Source of the DNA: Candidatus Alcyoniella australis
GTDB lineage: Bacteria; Lernaellota; Lernaellaia; JAVCCG01; Alcyoniellaceae
Direction: 5' to 3'
Assembly (NCBI GenBank): GCA_030765605.1
Contig: JAVCCG010000133.1
Location: forward strand, 12,086-76,085
DNA length: 64,000 bases
Shown here: positions 1 to 10,441 of the stretch, in pieces
Layout of the letters: every line of letters starts with the position of its first letter
How positions within the stretch are numbered: position 1 is the stretch's first letter
The notes under the pieces: generated by a model
Told to the model about the DNA's origin: nothing
Database searches by the model: none
Seen by the model: the letters and a program-made list of their open reading frames with translations, nothing else
Program-made: the position numbers and the translations under genes

Positions 1-51
1 GCAGCCCAGGCGCAACTGGGCTGGCGCAACATCAGCCAGGGCAGGCCGTAA
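1..51 (+). CDS. C-terminal fragment of an upstream CDS (...AAQAQLGWRNISQGRP*), partial at window edge
   Basis: In-frame high-GC reading from position 1 to TAA at 49-51; no start within window. Confidence 0.25.
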   Translation, partial: AAQAQLGWRNISQGRP

Positions 52-197
52 GGGGGAGGGGCTTCGCACGGTGAAGAGAGGGCGCGGGGAATACATCGAG
101 CATTCGGGGGGCTCTTCCCCTTGCGCTCCAATGCTTAGCAGGGAATTCCTGTTCTACCTCCACGCACTACATGCGGAGGTGTCCGCGGGGCGAGACC

Positions 198-932
198 TCA
201 TATTTTACCCCCGTAGGCCAAACCATCTGGATTGGGCGTAGGGGAAACCAGCGTCATTTTTGCCGGATCAAAACAGCCGCTCGCTGCAGTCCCATCAAAC
301 GCTCCCACCAACCGTTGCTGCATGTCTAAGTCGCCGTTGAAAACGGTCATCCATACGCTGAAAAAACCGCTTGCTTCAGCAAGCTCAACAGCAATTGTAC
401 GAAGACTCTGATTTGCGGGATCGTCATCGATGAGCCGCTTAGCTTCTTGGGCTTTCAAGAAGGCTTCCATACGCTGGTCATAGCGGTCGATGGCTACCGC
501 TCTGCCGTTTTCATCTGTAATAAGCGGACCCTGCTTGTCCAAGCCGACAAGTTTGAGGGTGTTCGCGGCGGCGGAGCTGACAGCGGAATTCAGTCCGTTG
601 CGAACCACAACCGTGCCATCCTGGCGATAGCAGTAAGCTGCAAAGGTATTATCACGGTCAGGCAACAACACTTCGGACAAGACGACATCCTTATCTCTCT
701 TGGTCGAGTTGCAGTTGACGCAAGCCAGCAGGAAGTTGTCCCATCTTCCACTAAGGTGAGCATATTTTGGGAGACCCTTGGGCTGGATGTGTTCAACCGC
801 GAGTTGCGTCGCTATCCGGCGTTCGCAATAGCTGCAGTAGCTCCCCAATCGACTGATCAGATACGGCTGAGCCGCTGCATAATCCTTGAAGTCTTTGTTC
901 TGTGGTGATGCATTGCGTCGTATCGGCCGCAT
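198..932 (-). CDS. HNH endonuclease, Septu PtuB-like (TIGR02646-type HNH partner of AAA_15/21 ATPases)
   Basis: 244 aa; CxxC ... H-I-Q-P ... N ... CVNCN..K HNH signature; 4-nt overlap with upstream ATPase gene. Confidence 0.6.
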   Translation of the reverse strand: MRPIRRNASPQNKDFKDYAAAQPYLISRLGSYCSYCERRIATQLAVEHIQPKGLPKYAHLSGRWDNFLLACVNCNSTKRDKDVVLSEVLLPDRDNTFAAYCYRQDGTVVVRNGLNSAVSSAAANTLKLVGLDKQGPLITDENGRAVAIDRYDQRMEAFLKAQEAKRLIDDDPANQSLRTIAVELAEASGFFSVWMTVFNGDLDMQQRLVGAFDGTAASGCFDPAKMTLVSPTPNPDGLAYGGKI

Positions 933-935
933 CGT

Positions 936-2240
936 TTACTCACCAAGCTTGGCTGCGCGTTTCATCTCGAGGAACGCCTGAAACGCGGGGTTGTCGGCAT
1001 ACGGGGCAATCGAATCGGCGAGACGCTTTTGGTATTCCTCCAGCTTTTCTTCCGGGGCCATTTGGGCTTCTTCGAGTGTTTCGAGGTAGGTCCGAGCCAC
1101 CTGTTTCATTTCTTGGTATCGCGCACTTACCTGCGGGTTCGAGACTCCCTGTATGCCGCGAGCGATGTCTTCGAGTGGCAGATCTCCAAGATTAGCTGTC
1201 GGTTGTCCTTCGAGCATGATCAGCTCTTCACCAGATCGAAGCGCCTGGATAAGAAACGGAGAGTGTGTTGTACAGATGAACTGAAGTTTGGGGAACGTCG
1301 TCCGCAGATCCTCGATGACCTGTCGTTGCCATTTGGGGTGCAGGTGCAGATCGAGTTCATCGATCATCACGACCCCGGAGGTCTCCAACAGCACGCGATC
1401 CCCGAGGTGCGGGTTGAGCGTTGCGGCCTTGCGCGCCAAGTCCCCCACCACTGCAAGCATACAGCGTTGACCGTCGCTGAGATTGTTAAAGGGTTGTCTT
1501 GTGCCATTTTCGAACTCGACGATGACCTCGCCGTACTCGGCATCAAAGTAGACATCTTTTGCACCCTGGACGTTTTGCACCAACGCCGAGCGTGCCGTAG
1601 CAAACACCGGCGTCTGAAAGCCGCGTTGCTGAAACGCCTTCCAGGACTGACGGGCGATCCACTCGATGAGATCGGAGACCGACAGGCGGGGATCAACGCT
1701 ATTACGATACGCGTCTAGCCGGGACAACCCGGCCTTTTCCTTGATTTTCTTACTGCTCTTGACTCGCGCTTGCTCGCGGGGAACGTCCCAAAGCCGAGCC
1801 GTGCTGTAATAGGAGATGATGGGTAGGGAAATCGGCTCGCCAGCCCGGACTTTTTCGTCACTCTCCGATGCCAAGTCTTTAATGGAACGGGCGTCTCCGT
1901 AGCTCGTTCGTCCACCTGTATAGTTAAGAGAACGCTTCCACGTCAGGTCATTTCCCAGAATTCTACCGTGCGCCTCCACGATGCACGGGTATTGGTGCTC
2001 CCAGTTGACGCCATCAGCAGTGATAAACCCTTCCAGCCGGGCCTCTCCCGCCTTAATATGGCGAGTGTCGTAGCCGCGTAAGCCGAGAAACCAGCTTCCC
2101 GCAGCAATCGACAGCGCTTCCAGCACCGAGGTTTTCCCTAGCCCGTTGTCGCCAACGACCAAGTTGAACTCGGGATGAAACGATAACTCCCGGTGCTTGA
2201 ATCCCTTAAAATTATTTATTACGAGACGGTCAATGCGCAT
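936..2240 (-). CDS. ABC/OLD-type AAA_15/AAA_21 ATPase, Septu PtuA-like
   Basis: 434 aa; N-terminal Walker A 'VVGDNGLGKTSVLEAL', C-terminal 'MIDELDLHLHP' Walker B/D-loop and 'TTHSPFL' motif typical of AAA_21; immediately upstream of HNH gene; AT-richer promoter region 2241-2413. Confidence 0.6.
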   Translation of the reverse strand: MRIDRLVINNFKGFKHRELSFHPEFNLVVGDNGLGKTSVLEALSIAAGSWFLGLRGYDTRHIKAGEARLEGFITADGVNWEHQYPCIVEAHGRILGNDLTWKRSLNYTGGRTSYGDARSIKDLASESDEKVRAGEPISLPIISYYSTARLWDVPREQARVKSSKKIKEKAGLSRLDAYRNSVDPRLSVSDLIEWIARQSWKAFQQRGFQTPVFATARSALVQNVQGAKDVYFDAEYGEVIVEFENGTRQPFNNLSDGQRCMLAVVGDLARKAATLNPHLGDRVLLETSGVVMIDELDLHLHPKWQRQVIEDLRTTFPKLQFICTTHSPFLIQALRSGEELIMLEGQPTANLGDLPLEDIARGIQGVSNPQVSARYQEMKQVARTYLETLEEAQMAPEEKLEEYQKRLADSIAPYADNPAFQAFLEMKRAAKLGE

Positions 2241-2413
2241 TGGCGGCCCCTTGTCCGGTTTTGTATCCCTATTTTTCGTAAAGCTGCCACATAGGCAGCC
2301 TGTTATGCAATGTGTTCGTATACGGTCGGACTGAGATAGCCTGAGTATACCGCACTGTATTTACGATAATAGAAGAGCTGGGTCTATTCGTGGACTTTAA
2401 TGGTGGCACCCGG

Positions 2414-3121
2414 CTACCTCAACGATGTCTCAAGCTCCGCTTGAATGGCCGCTCGGGCTTGGGCGAGCAGGGCGTCGCGGTCGTCGATGGTCATGCCCGT
2501 GGTGAGGATTGGCGGCAGCACGCTGACCGTCACCTCGCCGGGTCGCGGCGAGATCGCGCCGGGCTTGAGCACCTCGCGGGTTCCCTTGATACAGATCGGC
2601 ACCAGCGGCACCCCGGCACGGATCGCCAGGATGAACGCCCCCTTTTTAAATTCTCCCAGGGAGCCATCCGGGCTGCGTAGGCCCTCGGGAAACACGAATA
2701 CGCTACGACCGGACGCTACCATCTTTGCCGCACGATCCACGCTCGCGTGGCGCCGGCGCTGGCTGTGGCGGTCGATCACCACCACGCCCATGGCCAGGAT
2801 TGCGCTGCCGAAAATCGGGTAGTACAGCAGGCTGCGTTTGGCCATGAAGCTCAGCTGGCAACGGAGAGTAACAAACAACGAGGGCGCGTCGAGGTGCGAG
2901 AGGTGATTGCTGACAAAGACGTAGGGCTGATGCGGGTCCAGCGGCTGGGCAATACGGCTGCTGACCTTAACTCCGGCGACCATCAGCAGCATCGCCGACC
3001 ACCAGCGCGCCACCACGCAGACCGCGCGCTTGGAGTGCGAGGGCAGTCCGACGATGTGCGCCAGCAGTCCCGCCAGTGCGGTGGAGACGATCATATGTAG
3101 AACGAACAGCAGGCCGCGCAT
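2414..3121 (-). CDS. plsC: 1-acyl-sn-glycerol-3-phosphate acyltransferase (lysophospholipid acyltransferase)
   Basis: 235 aa; NHLSHLD (HX4D) and FPEGLRS acyltransferase motifs, N-terminal TM. Confidence 0.8.
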   Translation of the reverse strand: MRGLLFVLHMIVSTALAGLLAHIVGLPSHSKRAVCVVARWWSAMLLMVAGVKVSSRIAQPLDPHQPYVFVSNHLSHLDAPSLFVTLRCQLSFMAKRSLLYYPIFGSAILAMGVVVIDRHSQRRRHASVDRAAKMVASGRSVFVFPEGLRSPDGSLGEFKKGAFILAIRAGVPLVPICIKGTREVLKPGAISPRPGEVTVSVLPPILTTGMTIDDRDALLAQARAAIQAELETSLR

Positions 3122-3131
3122 CGTCAGCCCC

Positions 3132-4244
3132 TCATTGCTGCATGTTGACCATCATCAGCACGCCGATCATGCCGAAGGCGATGTGGCTCGACCAGGCCGC
3201 GGCGGTCGGCGGCAGCACGCCGGAGTGCCCCAGCGAGAGGCTCAACGCGAGCACGATCCAATAGACAACGCCGATGGTCAGGGCCACGCCGATCCCCAGG
3301 GCCACGCCTCCGCTGCGGCCGGTCTTGAGCGCAAAGGGGATGCCCAACAGCGCCATGACGAAGCTCACCAGCGGGAACGAGAGTTTGCCCTGCAGGTCGA
3401 CCTCGTAGCGCGTGGCATCGTCGCCCGACTCGCGGACCTTACGCACGTGGTCGCGCAGCTCGGCAAAGCCCATCTCCTCGGGCTTTTTACGCTCGATTTT
3501 CAAATCGTCGATAGTCTCGGCCAGGACGAACCGGTAGCGGGTGAACGTCGTCTGCATCTCCACTTCGTCGCCGACGAATCGGCGATAGACGCCGTCGTAG
3601 AAGGTCCAGGCGCGGCCCGCCTCGGCCGAGGGATCGTATTGTGCGAACTGGGCATGGCCGCGACGGATCAGCCGGAACTGCTCGTCGAAGCGGAACAGCG
3701 AGACGTTCTCGATCCGCCCCTTGTCCGGGTAGAGGTTGGCGATGTAATAGATCGACTCGGGCCAGCCCTCGGCCCGCGAGCTGCGGTACCAGATCCGCTT
3801 CTTGCGGAACTGCGCCCGCGGCTCTTTGCCCTTGATCTCCTCGCGCCAGACCTGCTCGCTCATCGCGTTGGTGTAGGGCACGACGAACTCGTTGACCGCG
3901 AAGCTCACGCCGGAGATCATCAGCGCGAAGAGCAGCACCGGCGAAGTCACCCGCAAAATCGAGACGCCGCCGGCCTTCATCGCCGTAATCTCGGAGTTGC
4001 GGCTGAGGATCGAGAGCGAGATCAGCGTGGCCAGCAGTACGCTGACCGGGATCATCTGGAAAGCGATCAAGGGCACCTTGTAGCCGATGTAGCGTGCGAT
4101 CTCCGAGGCCGTGGCCTGATTTTTGAACATGATGTTGCTGCGGTCGATGAAGTCGACCAGCATGTAGATCAGAATGAAGGCCAACAGGCACATCACAAAC
4201 AGCTTGAGGAACTCGGCCAGTACGTAGCGCGTGAGTACCCTCAT
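3132..4244 (-). CDS. lptG: LPS export ABC permease LptG (YjgP/YjgQ family)
   Basis: ORF-track frame 3132..4493 trimmed to internal Met (MRVLTRYVLAEFLK...), 370 aa, 6 TM permease family; ATGA overlap with lptF stop. Confidence 0.8.
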   Translation of the reverse strand: MRVLTRYVLAEFLKLFVMCLLAFILIYMLVDFIDRSNIMFKNQATASEIARYIGYKVPLIAFQMIPVSVLLATLISLSILSRNSEITAMKAGGVSILRVTSPVLLFALMISGVSFAVNEFVVPYTNAMSEQVWREEIKGKEPRAQFRKKRIWYRSSRAEGWPESIYYIANLYPDKGRIENVSLFRFDEQFRLIRRGHAQFAQYDPSAEAGRAWTFYDGVYRRFVGDEVEMQTTFTRYRFVLAETIDDLKIERKKPEEMGFAELRDHVRKVRESGDDATRYEVDLQGKLSFPLVSFVMALLGIPFALKTGRSGGVALGIGVALTIGVVYWIVLALSLSLGHSGVLPPTAAAWSSHIAFGMIGVLMMVNMQQ

Positions 4245-5500
4245 TGGCTGTCGTCCTTGCGATCGGAGCGCTTGCTGCTGTAGATCTTGGTCGTCATCAA
4301 CTCGACGATCTTCTCGCCGATCGTGCCGATCCAGGTCAGCAGTTTGATCTCGCGCTCGGTGGTGCGGGCCCACAGCAGGTAGACCCCCAACATCAGGAAC
4401 ATCACGTTGGGCACCCAGAGCATTACCGCCGGGTGCAGCCAGCCGCGCCAGCCGACGTTCTCTCCCACCCGGAACAGGACGTAGTAGACGCACAGCACCA
4501 GCAGCCCGACCGTGAAGCCGCGGCTGCGCCCCGAACGCACCGGCGCGATCCCCAGCGGGATGCCGGCCACGGCGAACACCAGGCAGGCGAAGGGAAAGGC
4601 GAAGCGCCGATGGAACTCGGTGAGCGCCCGGCGGTATTTGTAGGCCAGCCAGGCCCGGCGATCCTCGTCGGAGTTCGGGTCGGGATTTTGAACCACCTCG
4701 AGCCGCCGCTTGATCTCGCGGGCGAGCTCGAGCTGTCCCATGTGCAAATACTCCTTTTCGAAGTCCTCGCCGCCCAGCGGCAGGTCGACCTTGAAGTTGG
4801 TGTCGTAGACGTCGAAGCGCACGATCTCGTACTCGTCCTGGTTTTCGGAACTGCGGTGGATCGAGCCGCTCTCAAGGCGGATCGTCAGCAGGTCGGTGCC
4901 GGGGCGCGGAATCAAGCGACCGTACTCGGCGACGACGATCGTCGGCGCGCGCTCGTCGCGGGTGTCCGAGACAAAGACCTGCTCCATCCGCTCGTCCTTG
5001 GGGTTAATGCGGTTGACGTAGAGCACCAGGTCCTCGAGGTCGGTCTTGAACACCCGCTCCTCCAGGGCGATCAGCACCTTGGAGCGCGCGAGCTTGAGCT
5101 TGAGCAGCTCGAGATTGTACAGTCCCGCGGGCGCGGCCTGCAGCGTGATGAACGCCGCGAACGCGGTGACGATCAACCCCAGCAGCAATACCGGCCACAG
5201 GTGCTTGTGCAGACCAATGCCGCTGGCCTTCATCGCGATGATCTCCGAATCGCCCGAGAGCCGGTTGAATGCCAGCAGCACGGCGAGCAGAAACGAGATC
5301 GGCATGGTGAACACAGTCAGCGGCAGGATCAGATAGAGCAGCAGCCGCAGCACGTCGGCGACCTCGACCCCGTAGCTCACCACCAGGTCGACCAGCTGCA
5401 GGATCTGGAACATCATCACCACGAACGTGAAGATGAACAGGCCCATGATAAACGGGACCAGCACCTCGCGGATTACATACCAAGTGAGGGTGCGCGACAT
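4241..5500 (-). CDS. lptF: LPS export ABC permease LptF (YjgP/YjgQ family)
   Basis: 419 aa, typical LptF N-terminus MSRTLTWYVIREVL, periplasmic beta-jellyroll between TM3-4. Confidence 0.8.
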   Translation of the reverse strand: MSRTLTWYVIREVLVPFIMGLFIFTFVVMMFQILQLVDLVVSYGVEVADVLRLLLYLILPLTVFTMPISFLLAVLLAFNRLSGDSEIIAMKASGIGLHKHLWPVLLLGLIVTAFAAFITLQAAPAGLYNLELLKLKLARSKVLIALEERVFKTDLEDLVLYVNRINPKDERMEQVFVSDTRDERAPTIVVAEYGRLIPRPGTDLLTIRLESGSIHRSSENQDEYEIVRFDVYDTNFKVDLPLGGEDFEKEYLHMGQLELAREIKRRLEVVQNPDPNSDEDRRAWLAYKYRRALTEFHRRFAFPFACLVFAVAGIPLGIAPVRSGRSRGFTVGLLVLCVYYVLFRVGENVGWRGWLHPAVMLWVPNVMFLMLGVYLLWARTTEREIKLLTWIGTIGEKIVELMTTKIYSSKRSDRKDDSQ

Positions 5501-5507
5501 CGATTAA

Positions 5508-5685
5508 CCCGGAATATTCATGAAGCTCCTACTGCGGCGCACAATACGCTCGCAATAACTTCGTCATCCTCACCGATCCGTCCTCGACGTACCGTAGCGG
5601 GTACGCCTGCGGAGTATCGGCTCGGCTTTCTCATTCTTGCGGTGTCTTGTGTGCCTCGTCAACGAACCCTCATGAATAATCCGGG
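5508..5685 (+). repeat. Copy 1 of a ~178-bp intergenic repeat element with ~16-21 bp terminal inverted repeats (cccggaatattcatga...tcatgaataatccggg)
   Basis: ~140-nt core (ctgcggcgcacaat.cgctcgcaataac...gacgtaccg.ag.gggtacg.ctgcg...cttgcgg..tcttg...cg..acgaaccctc) shared with copies at 31623-31799 and 57883-58062; lies between divergent lptF and ftsK. Confidence 0.8.
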
Positions 5686-5797
5686 TTAAGTGTAGGTAAT
5701 GCGCCGAAGCTGTGCAATCGAAGGTAGCGCGCCGCGCGCACGTTTACATTGCACGCTGATCGGGTAGAATCGGCCGCGGGCCTGTTTATCGGATAGG

Positions 5798-8498
<2,701 letters not shown>

Positions 8499-8518
<20 letters not shown>

Positions 8519-9161
8519 CGCGGTGCTGGCGTGGCTCACCGTGCTGGCGCTGCTGACGTTGACGGCTGCGGCGCTCGCGCAACAGGACGAGCTGATCGAT
8601 AAGCTGCAGCAGAGCTACAGCAACACCAAGACCTTTCGCGCCAAGTTCACCCAGGAGTCGACCAACAAGCAGACCGGGCTGACCTCTGTGGTCAGCGGCA
8701 GCGTGGCTTTTAAAAAGCCGGGCATGATGCGTTGGGATTACGACGAGCCGCACGCCAAGAGCATGATCACCGACGGCTATACCCTCTGGATCTATCTGCC
8801 GGCGCAAAAGCAGGTGTTTATGGAGCGCTTCAACCGGCACTACTCCAGCCAGCTGCCGGTGCTGTTCCTCTCCGGCGGCGCTGACCTGCGCGAGCAGTTC
8901 GAGATCCAGCCCGGACCGGCTGCAGACGACGGCGTCCAGGCCTATACGCTCAATCCCAAGGTGCCGACGCCGGGCTTTTCGCAGATGACGCTATTAATCG
9001 ATCCGCAGAAAATGCACGTGGTGGGGACAATTTTCATCGACGCCTACGGCAACACCACCAAGGTCGGCTTCTCGAAGATCGAGACCGACGTGCCGTTACC
9101 CGAGGGATTCTTTATCTTCACGCCGCCCGCGGACGTGGAGGTGATCACCTCGCCGCAATAA
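8499..9161 (+). CDS. lolA: Outer-membrane lipoprotein carrier protein LolA
   Basis: 220 aa in-frame; signal peptide then LolA-fold motifs (TFRAKFTQE..., WDY..P); classic ftsK-lolA synteny; true start may be the GTG ~8523 just after the ftsK stop. Confidence 0.75.
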
Positions 9162-9176
9162 AATTAGGGGGCAAAG

Positions 9177-9662
9177 ATGCCGAGCTTCGACGTAGTGAGT
9201 CAGGTGGACCTGCAAGAGGTGCGCAACGCGGTCAACAACTCCAATAAAGAGATCAGCACGCGCTACGACTTTAAAAAGAGCAACAGCAAGATCGAGCTGA
9301 CCGACGACGGGGTCTGGCTGTACTCGGACGACGAATTCAAGATCAAGGCTGTCGAGCAGGTGCTCAAGGAGAAGCTGGTCAAGCGCCAGGTTCCGCTGCG
9401 CGCCATGAGTTTTGGCAAGATCGAGCAGATGGGACTGCGGCAGGTCAAGCAGCTGGCCAAGATCCAACAGGGTATCCCCGAGGAAAAGGCCAAGCAGATC
9501 GTCAAGCTGGTTAAGAAGACCGGCCTGAGGGTCCAGTCGCAGATCATGGGCGACCAGGTGCGGATCTCGGGCAAAAAGCGCGACGCCCTGCAAGAGGTGA
9601 TCGCCCTTCTCAAAGACCAGGACCTGGGTATCGACATGCGTTACATCAATTTCAGGGATTAG
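9177..9662 (+). CDS. yajQ: YajQ-family nucleotide (c-di-GMP) binding protein (UPF0234/DUF520)
   Basis: 161 aa, MPSFDVVSQVDLQEVRNAVNN... is near-identical in pattern to YajQ; good SD (gggggcaaag) upstream. Confidence 0.85.
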   Translation: MPSFDVVSQVDLQEVRNAVNNSNKEISTRYDFKKSNSKIELTDDGVWLYSDDEFKIKAVEQVLKEKLVKRQVPLRAMSFGKIEQMGLRQVKQLAKIQQGIPEEKAKQIVKLVKKTGLRVQSQIMGDQVRISGKKRDALQEVIALLKDQDLGIDMRYINFRD

Positions 9663-9684
9663 GCTCTTCCTGGGCGGAAAAAAC

Positions 9685-9715
9685 GGGCGGCCCCAGGCGG
9701 GCCGCCCATTTTATT
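9685..9715. terminator. Bidirectional rho-independent terminator (gggcggccccaggcgggccgccc + T tract on both strands)
   Basis: GC stem flanked by AAAAAA upstream and ATTTTATT downstream; sits between convergent yajQ and the poly-Asp lipoprotein gene. Confidence 0.7.
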
Positions 9716-9733
9716 GGATGTTCGTGGACAGGA

Positions 9734-10168
9734 TCAGGAAGCTGGAACGTCCGGGCACGCGTCCCAGCACTCGACGAAGTCCGAGTAGCACTGCTGGTCG
9801 TCGGCCCCCAGATCAAGGCAATCGTTGAGCGCGTCAGTGCAGTCGGAAAGGCAACTCACCCACGGCGCATCGCCATAGCCGTTGGCCTCGAGGCAGTCCA
9901 GATAGGGCCCCAGATCTTCGGCGTAGCAATCCAGGGCGTCTTCCCAATTCGCACCCGCGGCATCCAGGCAGGCGATCAAGGCGTTGTACTCGGTGTCGCA
10001 CTCGCCCGAGTACTCGTCGTCGTCGTCATCGTCGTCGTCGTCGTCATCGTCATCGTCCAGGGTGTCGTCGTCGTCATCATCGTCGTCGTCGCCACCGCAG
10101 GAGATCAGCGGAACAACTGTCAGCGCCAGGCCCAGCACAAAGGCCAGTAACAGCCACCATTTTTTCAT
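9734..10168 (-). CDS. Small lipoprotein with poly-Asp linker and Cys-rich acidic C-terminal module
   Basis: Signal peptide MKKWWLLLAFVLGLALTVVPLISC (lipobox), then GGDDDDDDDDDTLDDDDDDDDDDDDDDE, then 10 Cys in ~90 aa; ORF-track frame extends 5 codons further upstream (to 10183). Confidence 0.6.
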   Translation of the reverse strand: MKKWWLLLAFVLGLALTVVPLISCGGDDDDDDDDDTLDDDDDDDDDDDDDDEYSGECDTEYNALIACLDAAGANWEDALDCYAEDLGPYLDCLEANGYGDAPWVSCLSDCTDALNDCLDLGADDQQCYSDFVECWDACPDVPAS

Positions 10169-10262
10169 GCCTGTTTCCTCCATTTATGAGTCGATTTTAA
10201 TCATTGTACCGCGCCGGCGAGCTGTCAACAGAAAACAGGCGCGGCGCTTAATCGTTTGGGGA

Positions 10263-10297
10263 TAAAGAAAAGCCCGCAAGGCGATGCTTGCGGGCTC
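10263..10297 (-). terminator. Rho-independent terminator downstream of tRNA-Lys
   Basis: Minus-strand hairpin agcccgcaag/cttgcgggct followed by TTTTCTTTAT. Confidence 0.6.
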
Positions 10298-10308
10298 GAA
10301 GTGCAGTG

Positions 10309-10381
10309 TAGGACTGCGGGGACTCGAACCCCGAACAAATGGATTAAGAGTCCACTGCTCTACCAATTGAGCTACAGTCCC
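10309..10381 (-). tRNA. tRNA-Lys (anticodon CUU)
   Basis: Reverse complement GGGACTGTAGCTCAATTGGTAGAGCAGTGGACTCTTAATCCATTTGTTCGGGGTTCGAGTCCCCGCAGTCCTA folds as cloverleaf: 7-bp acceptor (G1.U72), D arm GCTC/GAGC, anticodon stem GTGGA/TCCAT with loop CT-CTT-AA, T arm CGGGG/CCCCG with TTCGAGT loop; CCA not encoded. Confidence 0.85.
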
Positions 10382-10441
10382 GGGCGAATACTGGCGAATA
10401 TTACGGAAGCGAGCTACTTAGGTCAAGCCCCCGCAACCCGA

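Noticed and set aside
2281-2297. GCTGCC-acata-GGCAGC hairpin as plsC terminator
   Set aside because: On the minus strand it is followed by TTTACGAAAAAT, which is a poor U tract. It is more likely an operator or neutral palindrome in the Septu-like promoter region. It is mentioned under that finding only.
4195-4205. Apparent single-nucleotide frame inconsistencies when hand-translating around ~4200 (lptG) and ~45420 (selD)
   Set aside because: The supplied ORF track gives uninterrupted frames across both places, so these are attributed to my manual indexing and not to genuine frameshifts or pseudogenes. Coordinates of hand-indexed features may be off by 1 nt.
3030-4283. Long antisense or alternate-frame ORFs throughout the high-GC genes, e.g. 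3030-4283, 4244-5689, 6061-6927, 19901-20941, 25222-26250, 32837-34162, 45542-47455, 46671-48149, 60156-61472
   Set aside because: These overlap well-supported genes on the opposite strand or in another frame. Their Arg/Ala/Pro/Gly-rich low-complexity translations are typical of spurious open frames in 65 % GC DNA. No motifs are present.
10020-10110. (GTC/GAC)n trinucleotide runs here and at 32880-32990, 50340-50400, 50550-50580 and 63060-63140, considered as CRISPR-like or other repeat arrays
   Set aside because: They are in-frame poly-Asp codon runs inside coding sequences. They have no spacer/repeat periodicity.
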